64,000 nt of DNA from Thalia democratica (Eukaryota). Location of the stretch: contig OZ241833.1 in the NCBI GenBank assembly GCA_965202585.1, positions 41,912,001 through 41,976,000 of the forward strand, in the 5' to 3' direction. The translations under genes and the position numbers were made by a program. The notes beneath the pieces are model-generated. The model saw only the letters and a list, made by a program, of their open reading frames with translations. It ran no database searches and had not been told where the DNA came from. Of this stretch, positions 39,601-54,800 are shown piece by piece (within the stretch, counting starts at the first letter, position 1; the number at the start of each line of letters is the position of its first letter).

Positions 39601-41521
39601 TTTTTCATTCACCTAAGTAAGGCGCTTTTCCAAAGATGATCATATTATGAATTCATCGTTTTTATTTGACGTCTTTTTTACATTGAATCAATAGATAACA
39701 AGACCATAGTAAAATTTCTATCAATATGAAAGGCATGCTAAAACTTCGTACGTATTACTATTAGTGATGTAATGACAAATCATGTTTTAAAGATAAATTT
39801 TCTCAATATTTTTCTACGTATTTACATCGATCAGTATTAACAAGAATGAATAAGAACAACTAACCTTTTAGTCATATTTTCCAAGAAATCAAAGTTATTT
39901 GAGATAATTAAAGTTATTTTACAGTGATTAGTTGTAATAATGAAAATAAGAAAATTTGTTTTAACTGAGAAACTAAAGTTTCATTTCCTTTAAAAGGATC
40001 TTTTTACAAGTAAATTAGTCTTTTATTTAGTTTTTAATAAAGTTTCTTTAAGTTGTGCAAAATTGGTTACTTTTTATAAATTTATAAGACAATTAGTCTT
40101 TACAAAAACAATTAAAAAGTATACTTTTGAGTAATTTTTATTAAGCTTTTTAACAACTTTTTTTAACGAGTCTTTTATTTAAAGTCATAAAAATAATTTG
40201 TTGTCTTAAATTAAGTTACATCTGCTCAAAATGTTGTAAAAAATTGTAAGAAGTTTTAAAATTTTGATTTAGTTTGTTATTCTTTCAGTAGTAACAACTA
40301 CAAATAAGATTTTTAATGCGTCAATTTTGTTTGAAATGAAAAATAAATGCTACGTCAAACTTAATTGAATTATCTATTATTGAATTGTTGTTAAGGTTAT
40401 TTAATTTTTGAGTCAATTATTCGTTCTGATAAGCATTGAATAGGGAGTTAAAGTAGTAATTGAATAATTTTAATTCACCATCTTTGTACAGTAATATAGA
40501 ATGACATTAATTGACAGTTTGAATTAATTTGTATTATGTTTACTCAAAACATTGTAAGAAATATTTCAAACTAATTATTTTTAATTAATTCAAACTATTA
40601 AGTTATTTTCAGCTCAAAAATATAATGTTTTTAATAAAAATATTGTAATAGCTATGTATATAGTTCATAACCACTAGAATGACGTAGTAAAAATGTATAA
40701 ATATTTGCTTTTTTAAAAAATACCATATATTAAAAGGTTGTTTTATTACATTTTAGGCAGTAAGTTTACATAAAAAAAAATTCTACATAATACTTTCCAG
40801 TTATTTTGTATGCCTTAACTAATTCACTATTAGTTGTTTTTAAGTTCTTCAAAGTATTGTTTAAATCGAAAAGTAAACTAAAATTTGTAGAAGTTATTTT
40901 ATTTAGTTTAAATAAATTAAACCTAACTAACTTCAAGTACGTTCAACTTACTTGACTAGATGTTTACGAAAATTACGTTGGTTTATTTAAAAAGTATGAT
41001 CTATGTTATAAATGTTTCATTTTTTTTTGTTTGACGTTTAACACTTTAAATTTAAATAAAAAAAACAAAAAACTTGAACGATTTTATTTTATTGGTCTGT
41101 AGATAGTAAGAACATTGTTAACAAATTTGTAAGACAAATTGTATTACTAAGATTAAATACCTATAACACAAAAGTTCTTTGTAAGATGAAATTAGCATAC
41201 AAATTTTTTTTTCAAACTTTATTAATTAAAATACAGCAGGTACATTTTTGACATTTGTTTTTCTTAAAAATAAATTTTATAAATCATATGACAACAAAAC
41301 TTTGAGAGAAAATTTTAACAATAGTATTTATTGTCAAAATCTTCCTTATTTAAATAGTTGAACTTTACAGCTTTTAAAATGTTCAAAACAATAAGCGTCA
41401 AAGCTACTACTACTGCCAAAAAGCTTACTCTTGCTTTGCTAGTTTAACTGTTTACATTTAACACAAATAACATTATTAATAACAACGACATGAAAAATCT
41501 AGTATTATGACGTCACAACAG

Positions 41522-41671
41522 AGCCACGTGCCGCGGTGGTTGAAGGACACTCGGGTGTACAAGTGGCCGGAAGACTTCGAGGACCTGATGTACCGAATCT
41601 ACAAGGTGGCCAAGTACCGCACTCCCACGTTGGGGAAACCCCCTAAATGCACTATCACCAGGTACGCTTGA
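41522..41671 (+). CDS. TRAF3IP2: C-terminal SEFIR exon, copy 2 (same peptide, ending ...CTITRYA*)
   Basis: cacaacAG acceptor (41520-21); three differences from copy 1 over 140 nt, all synonymous; TGA at 41669-41671. Confidence 0.8.
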   Translation, partial: SHVPRWLKDTRVYKWPEDFEDLMYRIYKVAKYRTPTLGKPPKCTITRYA

Positions 41672-44600
41672 TTGTATACGGTTTATTAGTAATTTGCTAA
41701 TATTCTGTTATCAGTTGTTTGATGAAATTACATTTTGTATGTTTTGCAACACTCAGGCCAGCTTAGTTTTTTTTTACAAATTCAGGATAATTTTTGTAGG
41801 TTAGAAATATATTAAAATAAACAAATGAAAAAGAAAAAACAGCCAATTGTATTTTGACAGGTATGTCAATTGAAACAAGAGGGCTGCAAACTGCAAAAAT
41901 TGATTTATTCGAAAAACTAAATGGTCGAAAAGAAAAAATTGCGTAAGTTGTCCAAAAGAATTATTAAACGATCAAAAGTTAGAAAAATTAATTAAATAAT
42001 TCAAAAACTTATACAATACATCTACTCAATCATTCTGAAATGTTCTTGTTGTAGGTGAAAGTATTTTATTATGTGATATAATATTATTTTTGTGCAAAAA
42101 AATGTTTATTTTAGTTTTATTGATTAAACCTGTCAATATTACTGAATTTAACATAATTATAAAATTATTATCAAAAAATTTTTGCTTTTAATACTTTTAG
42201 TTATTTTGATTTAGGACAAAAAAAATAAGTACAATAGAAAAGTTTTTTTTATTTTACAGAGAAAATTCTGACAATTAGTTTATTTGTTTTAGTTAAGTAG
42301 AACTTTTTTTTTCTTTTACAAAGAAAAATACTCTTAAATGATTGTTGCATATAATCTCGTTTTTAACTTGTTTAATTTTTGCAGATTTTTACTATTTAAA
42401 AGTATGTTTTTTAATGTTGTTTGTTTTTTAAATAAATGTATTTACTAACACTTTAAACAAGTTTTTATCACCTATTTTTTATGAACTACTAAAAGTTGTT
42501 TTTTTTAATTTAAACTTTTTTTTATGCATTATTTAAAAACTTTTCGTATGTTGTTTTTTTATGCAATTTTATTAGTCAGTCTGTAATGTTATTACAGACA
42601 TTTTGAAATTTAAAAAGTTCAAAAACTTATAAAATCAATTCACTTAAAGTTTTTTTTTCATGAAGGTTTTTAAAACACGTAAATGTTTTGTTAATGTTGT
42701 TATGTTTTACTCAGATATCTTTATAGTGTATGTTCATTAAATAAATTCGTAAAACTTACTAATCTAGGTTGTAATAATGACTTTGTGAGAGTTAAATTAT
42801 TTTTTTTTTATAGTTTTTAAGAATAATCAGATATAGAATTCATACCAGTGTATTTAATTTTTAATATGTAAATAACATTTAAGCTTAAAGTATTTAAGTT
42901 TTTCAATAATTTTTAAAAGTGTTTTTGTATTTATTTTTTAAGTTAGTATCAAAAAGTTAATTAAAAGTATTTATGGTAGCCTGATTTGAATTAACTTTTA
43001 CCAATTCTGATAAGATAGACTTGTTATATGTATTAAGATCCGTAAACATAAATTAGAAAAGTGCTTAATTACTTTGAAAAGCATTAAAAATAATTTAGAA
43101 CATGTTAGTTTGATTTTAGTTAAATAACAAATTACTTACAATTTTGTTAATTTTGAGTGTAAGTGATTCTGAACAGTCCGTTTCATTTCAAACACTCAAA
43201 ATTTGTTCAGTAATCTTAGTGATAGTGATAAAATTTTAACTTAAGTATTTATTTTTTTTAAACTTTAAGAAAAGTAGTTCTTGTGCAAAAAAAATATAAG
43301 AAATTTATTAAAATTTCAGCCTTTTAATGCGATTTCACTGTTAAAGATTGTGATTATATTAGGCGTTCAAATTAATTTTTATATTAAAACTTCAATTTTT
43401 GTTAGTTTCCCGTCGACTTAGTTTTGGAGTAAGTATAGGTTATTTTACAAAAAGAAGTATTAATAAATAAAACCAAAAAAAAAAAAACAGTAAAGGTAAT
43501 TTGTAGTTTTATATGTGATGGTCTGAACGTTTTAAGTTAAAATAAATTCTTTTGTAATGCTAGAATTTTTAAATGCATATTATTTGATAAAACTAAATAT
43601 TCGTTATTATAATATGAATCTCATAGAAATTATAACTAAAACTTTCAATTCAACATTTTTCCAGTATCTACAGCGAATATATTTGAATTTTACTCTGTTT
43701 CTAAACTTTGAACAGTTTAAGTTTAAAAGAAAAACGCTTCGAAGTATACTTTATTGTTTCACAGGTCTTTAAAATTTTTTTGATATATTTAGTTTTTCAT
43801 TAATTTTGTAGGTTATTATACGTTTATGTGTGTGTGATTGTTTGTGATATTATAGTTTGCATAGTTATTAAGTATAATTTGATGCAGGTAAAAAATGTGA
43901 TAAAAGTTAAAAGAATTTGGAAGGGTATATTACGTAGGTATATGTTTTTGGTGAAAAAAATAATTTCGCTCAGTATGAGCCAAGGCTAAATTTGGGGGGC
44001 TGGTGGGTGGGGGATAGGGACGGCATGGCGTTAGCGACAGCGAGTGGTGAAAAAACAAGTAAATTTTTTAAATTTTATTTTTTAAAGAACGAAAATGGTG
44101 CAACCTCAGGAGAAGTCTGCGACTCCGTGGCGCCACCTAGCGGTTAAAATTTTAAAATTATAATTTTATGCGACCAAATGTTTATTTACTTCAAGTTAGA
44201 ACTTTTGTATATTTCCTTTAAATAAACCTTTTTAAACACGCTTAATCTAATATACTGCAAAAAATAAATGTGAAGTCTCAACAATTATTTCTTTACGTGA
44301 AATTTTCTTTTAAAATTTAGATACAAAATAACTTAGACATAAAACGTGACCAAAATGCAAATAAATTCTACATTAGAAATTCTATTTCTTTTACTTAGAG
44401 CTTTGAAAACTTCGACTTCTAGTAGGTTATTTTAATTTCAGTTAAAAGTAAATGGTTTTTATTATTAGAAATAAAGCAAAAAACTTCGTTGTAGTTTTTA
44501 AAGACACTTTAAAAGTTTTTCTAGATTCAAACGCATTAAACAGTAGCCTTACAAGGAATACATTTTCTTTTTGCATATGGTATATTTTATGTTGTTTTTA

Positions 44601-45921
44601 TATGCTTAAATGAAGTTATAAATAAATAATGCTTCCAAACTTAAGAACAGTAAACTAATCAGCAGCACTTGCTGAGTAGTGGGTATTCTTAAAGTAAAGG
44701 AAAATTTGTAACAAGTTGATTATAAATTATATAAAACTCTAAAGTTAAAACAACATATTAAACACAGCTAAATTAATTCCAAACAATAACAGTTTCTTTT
44801 AGTTTCATACAAAGCTTACTTATGAAAGAAAGGTTTAATATATTAAGTATTTAAATGGCATAAGGTTATTTTGAAGAATTAATGAATTAAAATTGTTATT
44901 TTTACTATAAAGTTTAAGTTTTTATTTAAGTTATATATATATATATTTAAGTTTATAAATCCAAAATCAGCAACGATGACAAGAACTTAATTGGCTATGT
45001 CGGTAGAGCGTTAGACTGGAAACCCAGACGTCGTGGGTTCAAATCTTAGTAGTGCAATTTTTTATTTCATGTTAAAATTGATTTTCACGCTGATTTTTTT
45101 AACAATAACTATTAAGGGTTGTCACATAATACATATTATCAAACATATAACTTTTGTTTATTTAAAATACAAAAGTACCATTTTATTAAAGAAGCAAACC
45201 TACTAAGATTGACATTTGAACATCGTCGTTGTCTTTTGTTAACAATAAAATATTTTGAAGTTTTGCTAAGCATGTTAGCTTTAGGTAGATACTTTATTAC
45301 TTAGTAAACAAGAAAAATTGATATGAAATTAGGCACAAAAGTCAAACATTATAATATATGTATTCAATATAAGTGCAGTTCAGTGTTAATGACTGTTATA
45401 ATCAGTCTTATAGTATTAGGTTCGAGTCCAATGTCAGGCGCATTTTGTTAACTTTATTCATTCTTAAATTTAGTTTCGTTTTAAAACTCGATATACAAAA
45501 CAAGTTGAACGTACTCAACAAAAATTCACATAAATTTTACTTACTTTTATTTTATTTTTTTTGGAACTTTAAAAACCTCCGAATGTTGTACATAACTATT
45601 AAACAAAGTTATTTCCAAACTTAAAAAGTGCTTATCAGTAATCTAATGAGTAGTGGCTTGCTGAGTAATGAATAAAAACTATGAGTAAAAACTTTTTAAG
45701 TAAATGAGACTTTAAAACAAGCTTTTTTCTTCGAGTATGAAACAACTAAAAGAATATTTTAAGTTTGAAATATTAAACACATCTAAATTAGTTTTAAACA
45801 GTTACAATCCCTTTAGTTTCATAATAATAAAATATGCCTTAAATGTTAGTATGATGTATGTCGTTGATTCATATAAAAAACTGAAAGTAATTGACAAATT
45901 TGGTTTTTAGATACACCCGGA

Positions 45922-48859
45922 TTAATTTACTACTGTGTCTATGACTCTTTTTAAAGTCTTCTTTTTAAGTCTATGATGAAAAGAAATTATAACTAAAAAT
46001 TTTTGTTTTATATTCGGAGTTTTATAATAATAACCTGTAATATTTTATGTGTGTACTTTAAAGTCTAAACAAGCATAAACTTACTTGTTTATTATAACTT
46101 ACCTTTAATAACGTACTTTTATTAATAATAGCATGTATAAGTGAAAATATATATGCAAAAATAAAGCCACATGCAAGTGGTGCAATAGCAGAGTGCTTGA
46201 AGCGGTCGGCCTGCGACCCAGACATCCTAGGTTCAAAACCGCGTGTGACCCGTTTTCTTCAATTTTTTTTAAATTAATTAAATTAGTTTTAAAAAATCTA
46301 CTTATATTTTGAAACAATATATATACATTTACACCTGTTTAATTTACTACTGTGTCTATGACCCTTTTTAAAGTCTTCTTTTTAAGTCTAAGATGAAAAG
46401 AAATTATAACTAAAAATTTGTGTTTTTGTTTTATATTCGGAGTTTTATAATAACCTGTAATATTTTATGTGTGTACTTTAAAATCTAAACAAGCATAAAC
46501 TTACTTCTTTATTATATTTTACCTTCAAATAACATATTTTTATTAATAATAGCATGTATAAGTGAAAATATATATGCAAAAATAAAGCCACATGCAAGTG
46601 GTGCAATAGCAGAGTGCTTGAAGCAGTCGGCCTGCGACCCAGACATCCTAGGTTCAAAACCGCGTGTGACCCGTTTTCTTCAATTTTTTTTAAATTAATT
46701 AAATTAGTTTTAAAAAATCTACTTATATTTTGAAACAATATATATACATTTACACCTGTTTAATTTACTACTGTGTCTATGACCCTTTTTAAAGTCTTCT
46801 TTTTAAGTCTAAGATGAAAAGAAATTATAACTAAAAATTTGTGTTTTTGTTTTATATTCGGAGTTTTATAATAACCTGTAATATTTTATGTGTGTACTTT
46901 AAAATCTAAACAAGCATAAACTTACTTCTTTATTATATTTTACCTTCAAATAACATACTTTTATTAATAATAGCATGTATAAGTGAAAATATATATGCAA
47001 AAATAAAGCCACATGCAAGTGGTGCAATAGCAGAGTGCTTGAAGCAGTCGGCCTGCGACCCAGACATCCTAGGTTCAAAACCGCGTGTGACCCGTTTTCT
47101 TCAATTTTTTTTAAATTAATTAAATTAGTTTTAAAAAATCTACTTATATTTTGAAACAATATATATACATTTACACCTGTTTAATTTACTACTGTGTCTA
47201 TGACCCTTTTTAAAGTCTTCTTTTTAAGTCTAAGATGAAAAGAAATTATAACTAAAAATTTGTGTTTTTGTTTTATATTCGGAGTTTTATAATAACCTGT
47301 AATATTTTATGTGTGTACTTTAAAATCTAAACAAGCATAAACTTACTTCTTTATTATATTTTACCTTCAAATAACATATTTTTATTAATAATAGCATGTA
47401 TAAGTGAAAATATATATGCAAAAATAAAGCCACATGCAAGTGGTGCAATAGCAGAGTGCTTGAAGCGGTCGGCCTGCGACCCAGACATCCTAGGTTCAAA
47501 ACCGCGTGTGACCCGTTTTCTTCAATTTTTTTTAAATTAATTAAGTTAGTTTTAAAAAATCTACTTATATTTTGAAACAATATATATACATTTACACCTG
47601 TTTAATTTACTACTGTGTCTATGACCCTTTTTAAAGTCTTCTTTTTAAGTCTAAGATGAAAAGAAATTATAACTAAAAATTTGTGTTTTTGTTTTATATT
47701 CGGAGTTTTATAATAACCTGTAATATTTTATGTGTGTACTTTAAAATCTAAACAAGCATAAACTTACTTCTTTATTATATTTTACCTTCAAATAACATAT
47801 TTTTATTAATAATAGCATGTATAAGTGAAAATATATATGCAAAAATAAAGCCACATGCAAGTGGTGCAATAGCAGAGTGCTTGAAGCAGTCGGCCTGCGA
47901 CCCAGACATCCTAGGTTCAAAACCGCGTGTGACCCGTTTTCTTCAATTTTTTTTAAATTAATTAAGTTAGTTTTAAAAAATCTACTTATATTTTGAAACA
48001 ATATATATACATTTACACCTGTTTAATTTACTACTGTGTCTATGACCCTTTTTAAAGTCTTCTTTTTAAGTCTAAGATGAAAAGAAATTATAACTAAAAA
48101 TTTGTGTTTTTGTTTTATATTCGGAGTTTTATAATAACCTGTAATATTTTATGTGTGTACTTTAAAATCTAAACAAGCATAAACTTACTTCTTTATTATA
48201 TTTTACCTTCAAATAACATACTTTTATTAATAATAGCATGTATAAGTGAAAATATATATGCAAAAATAAAGCCACATGCAAGTGGTGCAATAGCAGAGTG
48301 CTTGAAGCAGTCGGCCTGCGACCCAGACATCCTAGGTTCAAAACCGCGTGTGACCCGTTTTCTTCAATTTTTTTTAAATTAATTAAGTTAGTTTTAAAAA
48401 ATCTACTTATATTTTGAAACAATTTATATACATTTACACCTGTTTAATTTACTACTGTGTCTATGACCCTTTTTAAAGTCTTCTTTTTAAGTCTAAGATG
48501 AAAAGAAATTATAACTAAAAATTTGTGTTTTTGTTTTATATTCGGAGTTTTATAATAACCTGTAATATTTTATGTGTGTACTTTAAAATCTAAACAAGCA
48601 TAAACTTACTTCTTTATTATATTTTACCTTCAAATAACATACTTTTATTAATAATAGCATGTATAAGTGAAAATATATATGCAAAAATAAAGCCACATGC
48701 AAGTGGTGCAATAGCAGAGTGCTTGAAGCAGTCGGCCTGCGACCCAGACATCCTAGGTTCAAAACCGCGTGTGACCCGTTTTCTTCAATTTTTTTTAAAT
48801 TAATTAAGTTAGTTTTAAAAAATCTACTTATATTTTGAAACAATTTATATACATTTACA
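45922..48859 (+). repeat. 421-bp tandem repeat, 7 copies (tRNA-like unit starts 46166, 46587, 47008, 47429, 47850, 48271, 48692)
   Basis: Exact 421-bp spacing, also seen in the repeated minus-strand ORFs of the track. Confidence 0.95.
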
Positions 48860-51800
48860 GTCTTATATTTAATACCCAAAAAGCTGGTATTAATGTTGTT
48901 CAATGAACTTAATAAAACCCAGTTAAAAACTGATTGGTTTAAATAAAACTTGTCACTTTACTTCAACATAATATTGCATTGATAGCTTAGTAAGCTTAAT
49001 TTATTACAAAAGTTATCATTAATCCTTATTTTTGATTTTTTTTAGGATTTTATACTGTAAGAGATTATAAAATAACTAGACTCTAAATTTTTTGTGGGGC
49101 ATAGTGAGTTTTGTAAAAGTAAAACATATTTTTTGCTGAGGATAAATTAAATTCCTAATAAGATTTTCTTTATTTGTACTGATAAAGTTTTAAGATTAAT
49201 GCTTGAAAGGCTGAATGACATATATTTAATAAATTAGTCTTTTTACTTGTAGCCTTTAATAAAACACACATTAGACCCAATAACTTTGGTTCACTGAGTA
49301 TTGAAATTTATTTTAATCTTTAAATGCATCAAAAAGAAACTAATTGTACAAACTTCTTAGATATTATGAATAAGACAAAGTTGTATTAAGCTATTAATCC
49401 CTCAACCATGGCATTATATGAAGAATATGTAAATAAAATTTGAATAAATCTGTATGTTAAAAGTGACAATTTATTTTCAACATTGTATTTTTTTGTTTAA
49501 AGAGTTTACAGATAAGTTTGACTTATGTGTCAAAATTGAAAAATAGCAGTAATTTGAATTTTAACATGATTTTTGTACAGTTCATGGTTACAGTTGGTTT
49601 CAAACAGGTAAAATTATAATTTTAAAACTAAACATATAGTTAAGAAAGTTAGAATTATTGTGGGCACTGAAAATTAATTTGTTAATCAACAAATGTTTAG
49701 TTATTTAGTACAAGCTAAAATGTTTTTCAATAAAATGTTTCTCAATATTACTGAATTTAGCTTGCAAACAATAGAAGGGAAACCACCTAAAATTAAGAAC
49801 TTTTACAATCAAGGACTAAATCTTGTTGATATAAAAAGAACTCAACAAAATAATCTAAATAAAAGTGTAAAGTTTTTGTTTAATATCAATCTGAAATAAA
49901 AATAATAAAAAATATTAATATATATAATATACCTACAAAATGATGAAAAACTCAGCTGTAGTAGAAAACAAGGCAATACGTTTCAAAAAGTAAACTTGTT
50001 TTTAAAACGACTTACATTTGATATATTGTGTTAGATGGATTAAAACATTGTTATATAAAGTCTTAAGACTCAATTTATCCTGTTTATAGCCCAGTTTTGT
50101 CATTTTGGTCCCGATTTGTGGCTAAGTTAGCTTTTTTTCAAAGTAGCGCCATTTAAAATTTAACTTCTTTAAATCTAGCTGTACTTTTACCACTTACTTC
50201 ATATAATTTATTAATACTAGATATTCAATAGTTTAGTTATATGAAACCAGAAAATTCACACAACGATGAAAATACACAAAATATGGCAATTATGCTTAAA
50301 ACTTAAAAAACATTTTACTCAAATATCAAAAACATTGTGCATTACATTATAACACTCGTTTCGTTAAAATGCATCATATAAGTTTAAAAGTTAAAAATTA
50401 ATTTCGAACTTTTACGAACTAAAATACTTATATATTGTTTTTACAAACATTTTTTCAAATCAAACTAATTTAAGATTCACGAAACATTGCTTAGTAAACA
50501 CTTTTACTCTTAGTCTTGTATTAAAAAGCTGGTCAAGTTTTTTTTTTGTTTTATTTTACTTAATGTTAAGGATAGTATTTAAAAACTTTCAGGAGCTGTT
50601 AAAACTAGTTTAATAAAAAATATATTTGTCTAATATAGGTAAATATTTATACAACTTTGATCTACTAAACTCGATTTTATTGTGAATTAGTTGTTTCTAT
50701 ATCTTAACAGCTAATTTCTTAAGAAGATGTATTAGAAATTTATCATTGAATGTATTTGTTAACAGTTTCTATGCGTGTATTGTGCAAACCACGTTGTAAT
50801 AGTCTAAAATGTAAAAGAAATGTATTATAGATTTATTTATCAGCTTTTTTACCAGCTAATAGTTTTCGTTTGTTTAGTCTACTACATTTATTGGATAGAT
50901 ATCTTAAAAGTTTCGTTTTGCCCTTTATCTAAATTAGAAAATATGTATAATATGTTTACAATTTACTTTTTTATAAGCAATGGTTGCACTAAAACACTTA
51001 AAACTACTTTTTTTTTTATTTACGACCCAGCTATAAAATAAAATGCATAAAAAAAATATATATTAATGCTTATTGTTTACAACCAACTCACAAAAGATAG
51101 AGATTTTGTACAATAGTTAAGCAAGTATACACTTTCCAACTACTAAGCATCATCTTAGTATAATTAAGTTATTATTTTTCTAAACAGTATTCTTAACAGT
51201 TTTTTAATTGTTTTTTGAAAACAAATCAAGATGTATTTTGAAAATAAGTAAAACCTTTTTGTTCAAAGTAAAATTTTTCATTTCCATAAACTGTGCAATA
51301 TATGAATGAAATAAAAATATGTAAAGCAAGTTCATTAAGTAAGTAGTATTTATCATCTACTAAACTAAATACACTAACTAAAGTTGTAATAAAGCTACTT
51401 AAAAAGCCTCTGAGTATGAGAAAATTTGCAAACAGGGTTTTAAACAGATAACTACTATCAAATAAACTAAGTTTAGGTACATTTGCATATGTGCAACCTA
51501 ACTAAATGTTGTAAATAAAATAAAAAGATTGTTAACTGAACGAATTTTGAGTTAATATACTCAAAAAAATGCATTTACTGCAAGGTAGTATAGTCGAGCG
51601 GTTGTTGAAAAGCGATCGGGATCCAGTGACCCGAGATCGAGTCAGCTGCACTCCAACTTTTTTGTAAAATAATTTTACGTTTTATAACTTACTTTTAACA
51701 AAACCATTTATACAGTAAAGCTTTGAATCTAAATAAAGTTAATAAACATAGCTGAACAAACCATAACATAGCTTTTACCAATAATCAATGTAATATAATT

Positions 51801-54800
51801 TCAAAAGACTTTGATTAGTTAAAATCAATTTTCATTTTTCACATACTATATTAAATATGTATTAAGTTTTTATGTTTAATGTTCATATAAAAAAAATAAT
51901 TTAGCACTTTAACTTATTATTAGTAACTATATTAATTTATTTGTCTTGAATGAACAACCAAAGCAAAATCAAACGTTATATTTTAAAAGTGTAAAATATT
52001 GTACAGCAGCTTTGTATTGTTACGTCACTATAAACTAATTTATTATAAGAGCGTTTCTGAAAACTTCAATTTAGTATCAAAAAATTTTTGAGCAGTTAGT
52101 ACACTTGTGTTTTGGAAATCATCAATCACAACTTTAGACAATGTATTGAATTCCAAAAAATGTTATAAAAGTATATTTTCATTTAATTTATAGTTAAGCA
52201 TAAGCAAACTTTGTTTTATAACAAGTTGTCTTAAATGTTTATAACTACATTTAACTAAGGTTTGTAATGAAGTTTGTAAAAATAACAAATATTCAAGCAA
52301 ACTCCCTTTGTAATATAATTTAAACTTTTTGTAGTTTTCTGATACTTAATTGTGGAGTGAGACATATTTTGTTTAACTGGAACTTTTTATTTATAATGGT
52401 TAGCCTTTTTTTTAACTTATCTTAAATAAATACAAATTCAAATTACTGGTTTAAACAAAGTTATTGAAACTTCATTACAAACCTTAGTTAAATGAAGTTA
52501 TAAACATTTAAGACAACTTGTTATAAAACAAAATTTTCTAATGCTTAACTAAATAAAAAAACACTCCAATAACATTTTTGGAATTCAGTTCATTGTATAA
52601 AGTTGTAATTGATATAATTTTTAAAATACAAGTGTACTAACTGCTCAAAAATTTTTTGATACTAAATTGAAGTTTTCAGAAACGCTCTTAAAATAAGTTA
52701 GTTTATAGTGACGTAACAATACAAAGCTGCTGTACAATATTTTACACTTTTGAAAGAAAAAGTTTGATTTTGCTTTTAAGTTGCTTTGGTTTTTCATTCA
52801 AGACAAATAAATTAATATAATTACTAATAATAAGTTAAAGTGCTAAATTATTTTATAAGAACATTAAATATAAAAACTTAGTACATATTTAATATAGTAT
52901 GGGGAAAATGACAATTATTTTTAACTAACAAAAGTCTTTTGAAATTATATTACATTGATTATTGTTAAAAGTTTTTTAAAGTAGTATTTTCAGCTATGTT
53001 TATCAACTTTCTTTAGATTCAAAGCTTTACTGTATAAGACATTTTGTTAAAAGTAAGTTTTAAAACGTAAAATTATTTTACAAAAGAGTAGGAGTGCAGC
53101 TGACTCGATCTCGGGTCGCTGGATCCCGATCACTTTACAACAACCGTTCGACTACACTACCTTGCGCTCAAAAGCATATTTTTGAGTATATCAAGTCAAA
53201 ATTTCTTTTAGTAAACAATCTTTTTATTTTATTTACAATATTTAGTTAGGTTGCATATATGCAAATGTACCTAAACTTAGTTTATTTGATAGTATTTATC
53301 TGTTTAAAACCCTGTTTGCAAATTTTCTGATACTCAGAAGCTTTTTAAGTAGCTTTATTACAACTTTAGTTAGTGTACTTAGTTTAGTAGATGATAAGTA
53401 CTATTTACTAATGATCTTGGTTTACATTTTTTATTATTTTATTACATATTTTTATTTTATTCATAGATTTCACAGTTTATGGAAATGAAATTTTTTTATT
53501 TTAGCAAAAAAGTTTTAATTTTTTTCAAAACAAGCTTGTAATACATCTTGATTTGTTTTCAAAAAACAATTTAAAAACTTTTAAGATATACTGTTTAGAA
53601 AAAATAATAACTTAATTGTAATAAGATAATGCTTAGTAGTTGGAATGTGTATACTTGCTTAACTATTGTACAAAATCTTTATTTTTTTCGTGATTTGGTT
53701 GTAAACAATAAGCATTAATATATATTTTTTTTATGCATTTTATTTTATAGCTGGGAGGTTAATAAAAAAAAGAAGTTTTATAAAAATGTAAATTGTAAAG
53801 TATACAATGTAAACATATTATAGATATTTTCTAATTTAGATAGAGGGCAAAACGAAGCTTTTAAAATATCTATCCAATAAATGTAGTAGACTAAACAAAC
53901 GAATACTATTAGCTGGTAAAAAAGCTGATAAATAAATCTATAATACATAAAACTTTCTTTTACATTTTAGACTATTACAACGTGGTTTGCACAATACACG
54001 CATAGAAATTGTTCACAAATACATTCAATGATAAATTTCTAATAAATCTTCTTAAGAAAGTAGCTGTTAAGATATAGAAACAACTAAATCACAATAAAAT
54101 CAGGTTTAGTAGATAAAAGTTGTATAAATATTTATCTATATTAGACAAATATATTTTTTATTAAACTATTTTTAACAGCTCCTGAAAGTTTTTCAATATT
54201 ATCCTTAGCATTAAGTAAAATAAAACCAAAGAAATACTTGACCAGCGTTTTAATACAAGACTAAAAGTAAAAGTGTTTACCAAGCAATGTTTCGAGAATC
54301 TTAAATTAGTTTGATTTGAAAAAATGTTTGTAAAAACAATATATAAGTATTTAAACTAATAACGTCTTCAGAGTTTTTGAGTTATTTCATGCAATATTTC
54401 GTTTTAAGTTTTAGTTCGTTTTAGTAAAAAGTGTTAACTAAGCAATGTTAACTGTTTCGAGGATCTTAAAATAGTTTAATTCGAAAAAATGTTTGTAAAA
54501 ACAATATATAAGTATTTTAGTTCGTTAAAGATTCGAAATTAATTTTTAACTTTTAATTTTATATGACTTCTAATAAATTTTAAGTAAGCTTAATGCATTT
54601 TAACGAAACGAGTGTTATAATGTAATGCACAAGTTATTTCCTGACAATCTTTTAATTTTTTTGATGTTTAAGTAAAATGTTTTTTAAGTTTTAAGCATAA
54701 TTGCCATATTTTGTGTACTTTCATCGTTGTGAGAATTTTCTGGTTTCATATAACTAAACTATTGAATATCTAGTATTAATAAATTATATGAAGTAAGTGG

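Noticed and set aside
45922-48859. Possible CRISPR-like array
   Set aside because: Whole 421-bp monomers repeat with no unique spacers; eukaryotic context and no cas genes.
46105-48903. Repeated 70-106 aa minus-strand ORFs (also 21822-22515)
   Set aside because: Antisense read-through of the 421-bp satellite; no recognisable domain.
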